Origin: Blastocystis sp. Blastoise
Taxonomy: Eukaryota; Protista; Bigyra: Opalinata
Assembly: GCA_039096225.1 (NCBI GenBank)
Contig: JBBPEB010000009.1
Coordinates: 992,001 to 1,056,000, forward strand
Length of the DNA stretch: 64,000 nucleotides
Reading direction: 5' to 3'
The position numbers and the translations under genes were made by a program. The notes beneath the pieces are model-generated. The model did no database searches. It was not told where the DNA came from and saw only the letters and a list, made by a program, of their open reading frames with translations. The stretch's first letter is position 1; every line of letters begins with the position of its first letter. Shown here in pieces: positions 36,521-52,004 of the stretch.

Positions 36521-38752
36521 TTAATAAAATGTATCAAATTCATAACTAACATGATTTTCCTGAATAAATAAAGAATCATTCAATTGTTGTTTATATATAT
36601 TAATTTTTTCATCTGAAATGTCTTTATCTATATAATATAATAATATGAGATATAAATGATTATATGCATACTGATATTCATAATAAACTCTTCCAATTTT
36701 GGAATCTTTCCAGTAGTAATAAAATTAATTAGTTTCGATAATTGTTCCTCATCATAAATATCTATAACAAAGAAATATTATAAAGAAAAATTATATATGA
36801 ATACATATTATTAGATATGTTAGATTTTGAGTTTTATTCTCCTTTATACAATCAAATAACTCTTGTATCTCAGATTTACTCATCGATTCATCTATATATA
36901 TATAACACAATTATCAAACATTTATATATATACTCTTTGTACAAATAAATTTATTCATAAATAAATTAGTATCCTGTTTACATCGAAGAATAAAAGCATT
37001 AGAATCAAATATATAATTCTCATGTGCATTGAGATCTATAAAAAATATAATATTAATAAATATAAGCAGAATTATTTATTTGTGACATACTACTTAAGTG
37101 AATAGTAGTTGATGATGGAAAGTGAGTATTATTCATATATTTACATAAGTTTTCAATAAATGTACTCCACCATTTACTATTATAACTATTACCTATAGAT
37201 ATACATAATATTGAACAGAATATTCGTTATTTGGGAATTTTTGAACAATTCTTTATGATTTATAATTTAATTTAATTTATTATTATTATATATACTAAGT
37301 GTGATAGATTTTAATAGAGGAAAGTTTTCTGTAGTATACAGTCCATAAAAGGTATCATCTGGAGTATCATAGATTTCTATAAGAATAACATAAAAAAAGG
37401 AGAGATATATAAAAAACTATAATAAATATATTCATATTTTAATAATAGTAATAATAATATATACCTAAACTTAATTTATTAGTATTAGAGAAACAACACT
37501 TGCGAATTAAACGATTTATAAAAGTTATAGTAGAGTCTAATAAAAATAGATAGATTAATTGAATTCCTATGATTAATTATAATAATAATAATAATAATAA
37601 TAATATATATATATAATTATATATATATATATATAATTATATATATATATATAATTACAACACATATTAACACTAGAAGCTTTAGGAATTAGTATTTCCA
37701 TAATATTTTCATATGCCGTTAAATATTCAGAGAATGAGTCTTCTGTGATAGGAGTTACTATATATATATATATATATAATACTATAATATACAATTAATC
37801 GTTAATGTAGGAATTGTATTAATCTTATTGTCATTAAATGTGTTTGATATCCATTTTAAATATTCTAAACTTATAGTTTTATCAACTATATATATTATAT
37901 TTTAAATATACTAAAAATGATGATAATAATACTAATAATATATATATATATATATATAAACATACATGAAACACATAAATCATTCACATGGTTTAATATA
38001 TTACTCTTTAAGAATCTTTCTAAAGAATTTCTAATTTTAGTTTTATTTGCAACATCATCATTTCCTTCATTATCTGTAAATAAATAAGTATTAATATCAG
38101 GCAAAGAATCTACTTAATATTTTTATTAAATGTAATTATATACCAATGAATTTGATTTTTAAATAATTGATGTCCTTTTTATAATTCTCAAAATAATCTA
38201 GTTTTTTGATATTCTTTGAATTAGAAGAATCAACTATGTAAAATAAAGTTATATAATATACATAAATATAAATTAATGTATTAAAAAATAAGAAGTATTT
38301 TATACTATAAAGGTTATCAAAAGAAATATGATTTTTCTCCAATAAATCTTTTAAATGCGGAAAATCATAAACAATATCATCTATGTAAAAATAAGATATT
38401 TAATAAAGTAATATATAGATTATTTTATATTATTAAATATATAAATATATACATACTGAATGTATCAAAATGCATTGAATGAGTATAAGCTAAGCTATCT
38501 AAAAGAGGAATGAATTTTTCTTTGTTCTTTATATTTCCATTTATATTATAAGTATCAATCATAGATAATTTATTAGTAGAAAACAGTGACTCATAATTAT
38601 CAATACCTAAATATATATAAATGACATTCTATTTATATAAATATGAATATACAGCTGGCGGTACCAAATGTAATAATATGTAATTTGGGAAAATAATCTT
38701 TGTTTATTAAAGGTAATTCGAATTGTTCTATATATATATATATATGTATATA

Positions 38753-38788
<36 letters not shown>

Positions 38789-39937
38789 ATCCATAAGAGA
38801 ATTCTCAAACAATAGTTCAATAACATTTGGAAATACATGATTTGCCATTATTTTCATAAATAAAGTTTCATCAGTATCATCAGCCAAATGTTTAACTATA
38901 TTTTAAAAAGTAGCAATATTAATAGCTAGAAATATAAAATACTCCATTCGATATTTAATATAGTTGAAGAATCGAAAAAGCCTTCTTCAAATGCTTTCAA
39001 TATAATTTCAGTATCATCTGTCAATGATGAATCTAAAAATAAAATACTCTGTTTATAATATATATATACAATAATTAGTCTTAATTTGTGTTATAGAACA
39101 ACATAAAGGAAGATTTAATATTTGAGATGTACAAAATTTCGATGATATTCCACCAAAGCTATTTAATATATATTTAATTAGATTCATGTATAGAATAATA
39201 CAAATAATATAAAAAAAAATAAAATTATATACTAAAATATTCTTTCGTTAGTTTTATCTATATATAACAATAATAAATGAAATGAATTAATAATATATAT
39301 ATACCATCAAATTCAATACTGACTTCATCTATAATTATACCTTCCTCATTCTTCTCACGAACTTCTACTTCTGAATAATCATTTGTATATATAGCTTCAT
39401 TAATAACATATTTATATAATTTAGGTATTTTATTCTTATCAAATACATCAATAATAGAATCAATTAATTCATCGTGATAATGGAGTAAATTACTATATTC
39501 TGGTATATCATTATTATATTCAATCATTTCTGATTCCGTATAATAACCATATTTCCAAGGATCCTCTATTTTATATTTATATTTATAAAAATGGCTAAAA
39601 TATATTTCCAAATATTCATCAGTATTTGGATTTAATAATATATCACTCATCTTACGATTTGTAGTTACTATATATGTATATATATTTTTCTTATCTAATT
39701 AATATATATATACCTCTTATTATTAATTTTTTTAATGAAGGGAATATATCTTTAATACACGATGGGCATATATATTCTAATGGAATATTCGATGCATAAT
39801 CATCTATATATATAATATTATTATTCATATAATATATTAAAATATATATACATGTAATTTCAACTTCAGTAATATTCATCAGATAAAAAAGAAGAGAATA
39901 ATATAATAATTCTTCTTTTCCTTGTAAAGTTATTAAT

Positions 39938-40001
<64 letters not shown>

Positions 40002-40505
40002 ATTAATATGTATTTTTTTCTCCCCTAAATTGAATAATTCTACAGGAATAATAATCTTCTCATTAATTTCCATATTATCTACATATTTATATACACTATA
40101 CTCATTTTCTTTTAAATAATTATAGAATAATTCTTTAATATGGTATAATAAATCAATTATTTTATTATCATTTATATCTTCTGAATATTCAAAAAGAGTT
40201 TTATAGATATCATAGCTATCTTTCAAATTTAAAGAAGAAATATCTATATTTTCTTCCATTAAAAAGTGAATCACTTTATTCATAGGAGAATAAGGTATAT
40301 CTATATAATAACTACCATCCTCATACTTATCAGTGTGTTTAATAGCATCCTGAAAGGGTAATTGTTGATATTTCTTAATAAAATCTTTAGAAATCCATAA
40401 TTGCGTCTCATCTTGAAATGTAAACAAATCTAAAAGCATATAAATATCTAATATTCATAAATGTATACATTTATCTTCAGCTAATTCGGCTATGACTTCT
40501 GACAT
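36521..40505 (-). CDS. BTB/POZ-like + degenerate LRR-like repeat protein, subtype B; multi-exon, apparently intact
   Basis: LFTFQDETQLWISKDFIKKYQQLPF...GSYYID, NIPLEYICPSCIKDIFPSLKKL, HVFPNV, FPKLHI, TGKIPKLEE. Colinear with 45681..49579 and 56621..60414. Confidence 0.75.
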
Positions 40506-41739
40506 GACTTACTAAACTATATACACAATAATTATAAAATGAAATGAAGAAACGACAATATTTAAAAGTATATAATATATAGATTCATGAAATTTACCGT
40601 AATAAACTAAATTTAAGACAATATTTAAATTATTTGTGAAACAACAAAATAAAATAAATATGAAATAAGTTTTTTATTTCAATACAAAAACTAGTTTTTT
40701 TTTTTCTAGTATTTCTTAATTATCATAAAAAGTGAAAAAATTATGATTAAGTGATAAGATTTGCTTCATAATCGCAATTTTTCCACAATTATTTTCTAAA
40801 ATGAAAAACAGAAAATAATCATGATTTTTCCAAATTTTTATTTCTTTTTATTAAATCAATATATTTAGGTCGTTTATATTAATAATATCTGTATTGATTG
40901 AATTCTTGAGGTTGTACTTGCTATCTACTATTTATTTGGAATGTATTGTAGAAATGAATAAGAGAACTATTGTCGGTGAATAGCTACTTATTGACTTATA
41001 GTTCATTTATGATATTCATCATATTATCACAACTATAGTGAGCATTTTAAATATATTATTTCAAGAAAATTATGAATTACACTTGATCTTTTGAATAATG
41101 AGTTGATAATAAGATAAAACAAATTTATAAGTACGTTATTATTATTTAAAATATCTAATTAGAATGAATCTCATAGCTTATTATAATAATTAATAAAAAT
41201 ATAATTATTTTCTGTTTAAAAGAAAGAAATCTTCTTAATAGTTTAATTTATTTTTTCTTGATTATGAAAATAGATTATTTTTGAGTATTTTAATGTAAAG
41301 ATAAATAAATGAAAATAATAATTAATAAGTTGGTATATATGAACAAACTACATACTTCATTTTTATACTATATGTAATAACAGCAACTGAATGTATTTTT
41401 AACAAATATGAATATAAGTGAATGTCAAAAAAAAACAAATATTTAAAAAAAATTTTATATATATATTATTTTAAATAATTTATATATGTCAGTCCTTTTA
41501 TATAATATATGAGAAAGAACTCAATTTAAAAAAATACAAAATTGTTGTTAAGTACAATTTTGAAACTAAACTCATTAATAAACAAAAACATATAATTAAA
41601 ATAGACATTTTTTTAAATAATATAAATACATTAATAATGATAATAAAACATTAATTGTTAAAAAAATAAATGTAACAAAAAATATAAATATATAAATTTT
41701 TCTGAAATTTTTTTTTTATTTAAATATTGATAATTGTTT

Positions 41740-43345
41740 TTAAACTCTTCCCCATACTTCATAATCTTCGACTGTAAAGTCATTTCTAGAATCACCATTA
41801 TTAGTATTAACAAATAATGATGATTTTTGAAGAGTATTGAGTATATCATAAGAACATGCACTACAATAAGAACAAGCATTACTATGACATCGATTAGATA
41901 TATAGATATCACTATTTCCAAATGTAGGACCACAAGAAGAAGAACAATATATAGCATTACTTCCACTACAACTTGTATAATCATATTTAGTAGGAGGAAT
42001 ACCATGTTCATTAATTAGAGTAAATAGAAACTCCTTTGAATAAGGTTTATAAACTATATAAATTATATTGAATATTTTATATAAAATAAACTAATATACG
42101 ATCTGAGCAATCCCAACTTTGATCTGTATATCCTCCAAATATATTAATATGATTATTATGACCTTTATGTTTGATTAGAGTTACTGTTTCTCCTTTATAA
42201 TCACAAAAAAAATGAAATTCACATGCGTAATAATTATGTTCACTTGCTCTATATATATATAAATATAAATTTAATACATAATAATAATATATAAATAATC
42301 ATACCTGAATAATAATTTCCATTTCTTTTCAGTTCCAAGCCAATTCATTAAGGAGGTTTCTATCATTTTATTAACTAGTATTTTTGTACCTTTAAAACAT
42401 TCTAAAGGAATCATTGCTTCTTTAGCAGCTTCCTTTCCTTTTTCATCAAATAATTCAATCATTTCTTTCTCTAATAATTCTTTATTAATAGTAATTATAT
42501 TATATTCTTCTTTATTTATAAAACCATTATTCACATATTGAGTAATTTGTTCAATATATTTGAATGTTTTATTCACATATAAACTATCATCTAGATGATT
42601 ATAATCAACAAATCCATTATCATAATTCATAACATAAGCATTCCATAATCCACTCTTTATTAAATATTCTTTAATAATATCATTCTTTTCTCCATTTATA
42701 ATCAAATCTATTTCATCTCCTTCTTCATATTTCTTTTTCTTTATATTTCTTCTTTCTCTGCAAGCAATCAATTCTAAAGGAATCACTAAGCCACAAAATT
42801 CAAATAATTCTAATATTTCTAATTGTTGTTCATAAGAAAATTGAGTAAAATTGACTTTCTTTCCATTCAAATAATCTAATAAAATATAAGCAGCAGCATC
42901 ATTTCCAGGATAATCGAGAAATATAGATCCATCATTTGTTCTAAGTTCTTCATCACGTTGCTCTTCAATAAAAGAACCTTTCAAAGAATCTAAAACAGAT
43001 TTCGATATTCGAAATATAGGACCATTATTCGTAAATCGTATCAAATCCATTTTTTCATCATCACATTCATCATGATATTTACGCTTATTCATATAATTAT
43101 TTTTAATATTCTCTTCAGAGAAATCATCACAAAAAGAAAAATCACAAGCTACTTTAGGCTTAGTTTCATTATAATCATTTCCAATATGTTTTATGTCTAT
43201 TAATCGACATTCCAGAATGTATACCAAGATTCATTAAAGAAGAGAAAACACTAATTATATCTTTCATCAATTCTTCAAATACATTGATATCTTCCTTCAA
43301 TATATTAATCTTATCAGTATCAAATAATATATTTTCTTTTACCAT
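41740..43345 (-). pseudogene. BTB-like + TLDc gene, close paralogue of 33433..34970, with a 2-nt frameshift near 43195 (possibly rescued by a 28-nt intron)
   Basis: Homology to the paralogue moves from ORF 43175..43441 to ORF 42271..43227 at SINR. TLDc motifs are intact through EDYEVWGRV-TAA. Confidence 0.7.
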
Positions 43346-43554
43346 TTTCAAAAATAAAGAAAAAACTAGAATTATATTAGAATCTTCTTCCACAAAAATG
43401 ATGTTTCTTTCTGGATATTTCTTTTCCATTCTCATGTTCATTATTTTTAAAAAATATTTTGTTTCTTAGTTTCAAGCCTATTTAAGCAATTATATTATAT
43501 TTAATATTAACAATCATTGAATAATATTTCTATTCGCATTATCTAATAAATAAA

Positions 43555-44640
<1,086 letters not shown>

Positions 44641-45680
44641 TAATTCATAAAAAGATGATATCTATATAATAATAACGATTTTCAAACTATAAATAATGAT
44701 GAAAAAACTGATTATGATATATTCTTATTTATATTATAAATAATAATTTGTATATATAAATTATGATTTATCAATTATTATTTCTAATTATTCCCTTATT
44801 ATTAAGTTATACATGCTTAAGAATTGAATATTGAATTATTATATATATCTATATGAATTTCAATAGTTGATAAAAAGTTGGTATTCAATGTATATTGTTT
44901 ATTAAATTATATATATATAAATATAGTTTCTTGTATTAAATATAAAGATTCTTCAATATTTATATATAAGAGTGGTATTGGAGAACTATCAGAAAATTCA
45001 TATATTTTATTTGAATCATTTAATATCAGATTGAGAAACCAAATTATTATTAAAAATAATTAAATATTTTTTATTATTTTACTTATTTTACTTATAAGTA
45101 TTAATGTTATTATATTATTGTTATAGAAGAATACTGATTATCCATTATATTTTTATTTATAAGAGTTCTATTTAATTATATTTCTCATATAATTATAATG
45201 TTAGTATCCTAGTAAGGAAACAAATATTAATAAATTGTTATCAACAACTTGTAGCAATCCACTTTATAGAATATATATTAATAAAAGCTTTATATACTTA
45301 TCTATGCTTTAAAATTTTAATGAATTTTTTGTTAATAAAACAACACAAAAAAAAACCTTCCTTGTCATTAGATAGAATCACTATATAGTAGTTACAGAAA
45401 TGCTATTACCAAATATGAATTTTATAATATAATAATACATTTTATATATGTTTAGAAAGTTAAGTGTATAAATGGTAGTCGCTTCATCATGATAATCATG
45501 TCAAAAGTGAGTAAAAAACTCGACTATTGATTACCATTATTCAATTAATTTCAATTAAACAATACTTTTATTCTTATATAAAATTAACAAAAACATTTAT
45601 AAATATAAAAAAGATAAATCATAATCAGATATAACATTAGAAAGATATAAAAAAAGGATAAATATAAATCTTTATAATAC

Positions 45681-46047
45681 TTAGTTGAATTTATAACGTA
45701 CGTAATGCTTCTGTTTAAATGACCAATCATTCAATTGTTTTTCGTATATATCAATTTTCACAGATAAACTATAATCTAAATAATATAATATCAGTATAAG
45801 TTATTGTATATATATACCAATATCAAAAACTAATTCTTCCAATTTAGGAATCTTTCCAGTAGTAATAAAATTGATGAGTTTTGATAATTGTTCCTCATCA
45901 TAAATATCTATTAGAATGAATATATTATATAAAAATATATATATAATTACATATGTTTAAACTTCTTATATTTTGAGTTTTATTTTCATTTATACACTCA
46001 AATAACGTTTCTATCTCATATTTATTCATCACTTTATCTATTTACAG

Positions 46048-46124
<77 letters not shown>

Positions 46125-49041
46125 TATCTGTAACAATAATTGTATCTATATATGAATTAGTATCATATTTACATCGAAGAATAGAAGTATTAGGGTAATA
46201 AACATAATCATAATAATAAGAATGTTCATATTCTATAGAAATAAAATAGTAATAAATATGAATAGAATTAATAATCTTATTAACATACCACCTAAACTGA
46301 CAATACTTGAGGATGGAAAGTTATTATTACTCATATATGTACAAAATAGTTTTATAAAAGAACTATACCATTCTATATTACCTTCTTCATCACCTTTTTT
46401 ATCTATATATACACATATTACATAATAAAAATAATTATTACATATATATAAGATGATGTATAAATATGCATTATTTATAATATAAAATATAATTATTATT
46501 ATATACAAAACCTGATAGTTTTTAATTGAGGAAAATTATCCATGGTATAAAGTTTGAAAAAATTATCATCCAATATATCATTAATTCCTAAATTAATATT
46601 CATAAAAATATATTAGAATGAAATATATAATATACTGTAACTAAAATAGTATATGTTTAATAAATATATACGAATAACTAATTGAGTTGTATTATGGAAA
46701 CAACCTTTAGGAATTAATTGACTTTTAAAACTCATATAACGATCTAATAATAATAGTTAATGTTAATTAAATAAATTATTATGATATATAATAATTATAT
46801 ATATATATATATAATTACAATTTATATCAACGATAGAAGCTTTAGGAATTAGTTTCTCTAGTATATCTTCATGTGTAGAAAAATATTCAAAGGATAAATC
46901 TTCAGTATTTCTCAATGCTATGTATATATTTATATATTTTATAATATAATATACAATCAATCGTTAATTTATGAATAGTATTAAACTTATTATTCTTAAA
47001 AAGAGTTGACATCCATTCTAAACATTCTATATTCATATTCTTATCAACTATAGATATTAATAATAGCAATAACATATATATATATAATATACATGAAATA
47101 GTTAAATTATTCAAATGTTGTAATACACTATTATTTAAGAATCTTTCTTATGAATTTCTTTTATCAATTTCATCTAGATTATTATCTATAAATGAATAAA
47201 TATTATTATTATTATTATATGTTAACTATATATCTATTAAATATATTAATAAATACTCTTGAGTGTTATATTTAAACTATCAATATTTTGCTTATAGTTT
47301 CCAATAGAATCTAATATTTTGATATTTTCTGAATGAAAAGATTTAACTTGAGAGAATATAAGGTGTAGATTATAAATATAAAAAATATACTAGAAAAAAT
47401 ATACTAAAAAAATATAGAAATATTTCATACTAGAGAATTTATCAAAGGAAATGAGATTTCTCTCTAATAGTTCATTTAAATGAGGAAAATAATTCAAGTC
47501 ATCTATATAAAAAGTAATATGAATATTATTAATTATATAGATAAAACTATGATCATAAATGTATAAATAAAATACCTATATCTATATCAATTATATCAAT
47601 ATGAATTGAATGAGTATAAGCTAAATCATCTAAACGAGGAACTAGTATTTCTTTTTGATTAGTATTAACATAACGTATACGAATAGTATCAATCATAGAT
47701 ATTACATTAACAGGAAATAGAGACTTAAAATTATCAGTAGCTATGTCTAAAACAATAGCTCATTGATTACTATATAAATATACTTATTTTAATATTGTAA
47801 TTAATAATATGCAATTCTGGGAAGCATTCTCTCTCTATTAAAGATAATTGGAAAGATTCTATATATATATAATATTAAATCACATATATATATAAATATT
47901 AAACTATATATATATATACCATCATCATAATCATTATATATAATTTCAGTAACATTTGGAAATACATGAGTTGTCATTACTTTGTTAAATAGATTCTCAT
48001 CAATTTGTTTAGTTACTTTTTGAACTATATAGAATAATAATATTGATAATTATTATTATTAAAAAATAATACCCTCCACAATATTTAATACAGTTGAAGA
48101 ATCAAAAAGTCCTTTTTCAAATAATTTCACAAAAACCATAGAATCATATTGAAAATCGCAATCTAAAATAAATAATATTGTTAATTATATTTATTATATA
48201 TATTTATTTACATTTAATTAAAATGATTTTGGAAATACACAAATAGGAAGGAAGAAGTAATAATTGAGCAATACCATATTCTGAAGATACTACATTAATA
48301 CTATTTAATATATATTAGTATAAATGCATAATGTAAAATAATATTATTATTTACAAGAATGTTTTATCATTTGTTTTATCTATATATAATAATAATAAAT
48401 TAAAGAATATATATATATATACCATCATATTTAATACTGACTTCATCTCTTAATGTATACTTATCTTTTGTTTCACTTATTTCTACATTCGAATAATCAT
48501 TTGTATATATTGCTTCATTAACTATATATTTATATAATTTAGGTAATTCATTCTTTTCTCTTTTTTCATAATAGGAGTCAATCAATATATCAGAATAATA
48601 TATTTTATTAAGATCTAAAGAAGAAATCTTATTATATTCATTCATATCGGATTTAGTGTAATATTCATAATTTTTAGGATTCTTTATTTCATAATCATAT
48701 TCATTAAATAAGCGATTATATTCCATTATATAATTATCACTATTTGGATTTAATAATAGTTCAGTTCTCTTATAATGTGTTGTTACTATATGTATATTTA
48801 TTATTATAAAATTATATATATACCAATAATTGTTAATTCTTCTAATGAAGGGAATATATTTTTAATATATGCTGGACATATATATTCTGATGGAATATTC
48901 GAGGAATAATCATCTATATATATATTATTGTTTATACTATATTATATATATATACATATAATTTCAACTTTAGTAATATTCATCATTTTAATAAGAAGAG
49001 AATAATATAATAATTCATCTTTTTGTGCTGGAGTTATTAAT

Positions 49042-49083
<42 letters not shown>

Positions 49084-49579
49084 ATTAAAACTTATTTCTT
49101 TCTTTTCAAAATTGAATAATTCCATAGGCATACATTCTTTTATGGTTCTAAAATAACATACAAATACCTCATAATTATTCTCTTTCAAATATTGATAAAA
49201 TAGTTCATTAACATGATATAATAAACCACTCTGAATTTCTTTATCAATTGTAACTGAATATTTAACAAATGTTGCATATATATCATAACTATCTTTCAAA
49301 TTTAATGAAAATATATCCACGTTATCTTCCATTAAAAACTGAATCACTTTGTTCATAGGATAATATGGTATATCTATATAATAACTACCATCATCATATT
49401 TTTCAGAGTGTTTAATGACATCTTGAAAGGGTAATTCAGGATATTTCTCAATAAATTCTTTTGGAATGCATAATTGCGTCTCATCTTGGAATGTAAATAA
49501 ATCTAATAGCTAATAAAGTATCTTATATTGCTATCTAAATACATTTATCATCAATGCAACAAAATTTGCTGGCTGACAT
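45681..49579 (-). pseudogene. Subtype B BTB-LRR-like gene with one in-frame TAA at 47148-47150
   Basis: Colinear with both other subtype B copies. Reads AAT TCA TAA GAA AGA TTC where the paralogues read NSLERF (TTA). Other exons checked are open. Confidence 0.7.
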
Positions 49580-52004
49580 TCTATAATTTCAACTAGATAG
49601 ATATACTGATAGCAATAATATTACCTAAATATACACAATTTTGTACAAATAATAAATAATTTATAATAATGTAGAAATAATATACAATAATCTAAACGAA
49701 TTTAAAAAAAAACTCAAAAAAATATATATAAGAAACTATTAACAAAATCTTTCATGAAAATAACTGAAAAATGACGAAGTTAATCTTTTATTTTCATGAT
49801 TTTTAGTATTCAGTCCTTTTCAGATAAATTTCATCTAAGAATACAAAAAAATATTAATCATGAAATACACATTCTTTGAAATTTATTATGGATTATTACG
49901 TTTATATTAGTTTATCTCGTATTCTTCATTACATTTCAGACACAGTCATAAAGTATTATAGTGGGCATAATGGTGATTCTCTTTTTTGTATTGTCGAAAT
50001 TGAGTATTATGACTCCTTCATATATTTGCTGCCATCCTGATGACTCTATTGAAATAAAATCACTACGTATCTAGTACAAATATTTCTTTTTAGTGTAATT
50101 ATTTTGAAATATCTTCAATAATCTGTTTTTATATTTTCTATGATTATTTCTTAACATAAATGGAATTCAATATATGAAAAATATTCATTATAAAAAGAGA
50201 AATACATAGAATGTGATAGAGAATCACTCTAAAAATATCTAGTTTCTTCTTCTAACTATTATAATAGTTAAATATCTTGTTAAATCAAGTTAGTATTCAA
50301 TTATTACAAAAATATATGTTGCAGTATGCATTAAAAACACAAAATAAAAGTATTTCTTTAAATAATATAATGAAAATACTTTTATCATTGCCTATTAATT
50401 ATATAGAATCAAAATATCTATAATAATTTTTTATGATCAATATAAATATTGATATTATTGTTGTTATTGCACTAAGTATTTATGTATGTATCAAATAAAA
50501 GTCACTGTCTTATTATAATTAGATTTTAATAATTTTTAACATTTATACCAGAAATAAGTTTATTCACATATATCTATTATTGATTAAAAATTTATATATT
50601 TATTTCTTATTTATAAATTTATTTTATAACGATATACATTATGATTATATCAGTCAATTATATTTATATATATAATATGTTTTTTTAAATGTAACAAATT
50701 TATATAACATTTTTTTAATTTTTGAACATGATAATTTAAGAGAATATAGTATAAAAATATAAATTTAGTTTTATTATTATTATGTGTATTAAAAAATTGT
50801 ACTACACCAAAACATAATAATTTGCTATTTCTAGATTATTATGATTAAGAATAAAAGTTAATCGAAAAGTTCAAATAATTTTATTTATTATGATATGTTT
50901 TTTAATTACTCTTAAGTACATAAAAATTATATATACAGGATAGTTTTACTAATTATATGTATAAATAGCGTATTAGATATTATTACACATGATTTATTTT
51001 AACATTTTTATTTTATTAATTATAGATGAAAAGAAAGTATTTTTATTTGTTTTATATATTATTTTTCACATGTATACAATAAATAATTATTTATATAATC
51101 TATGTAAAGACAGGTATTCATATGACTATTGCATGAGAAATAATAATAAGAAATAATTCACTATTTCAAAATGTTTTTTTGATTATTTAACAAACAATTA
51201 AAATCATATATATACTAAAACTATTAGTTCAATTATAATTACTACTTCCTTTATTAATACATTAAACAATAGGTTCATTATATATTTATATTATATATTT
51301 TATTATTATTCCATGATGGATCTCTAAGACTGTGTCAAAATAGTTGAATGCTACTAATTGTTAAAGTGTCATTATATAAAATGTTTTTGAGTAATATGAT
51401 TTATTTTTTTTTATTATTTGTCTTTTAAATAATATAGTATAATGAATTATTTATGACAATAATAAAAACTTATATATATATCTATTAACTGTTTTTACAT
51501 ATAATTATAACAAAAATTATATATATATTTATTTTTTAGTGTGAAAATGTGGAATTGAAAGATTAGTGGTATATATTTCATGTTATATTTAAACAATAAT
51601 ACTTAATAATATTTAAAGTTTACTACATCTTATTTGCTAATAAAACTATAAACTTCTAAAAACATTATAAGATATAATATATACAAATGATTTATTAAAA
51701 TAAAAATAATTTAAAAAAAAAATAGAATGGATAAATAAAAATTATTTATAAGTAACATTTAAAATAAAAATAATACAATAATATATATAATAGAATAATA
51801 AAAAAAGATAAAATTAATATTTATAATAAAATTTAAAATATATATGTGAATAATAGAGTTTTCTGTCGTTTATGGAACAATTATAATAACAATAAATTAT
51901 TGTTATTTTCATTAATTCTTTATCTGATTGAATGCTAAGAAAGTGAATTATTTCAATTCTGAATATGATAACATGGAAATTATGGTATTATAGATATACT
52001 ATCT

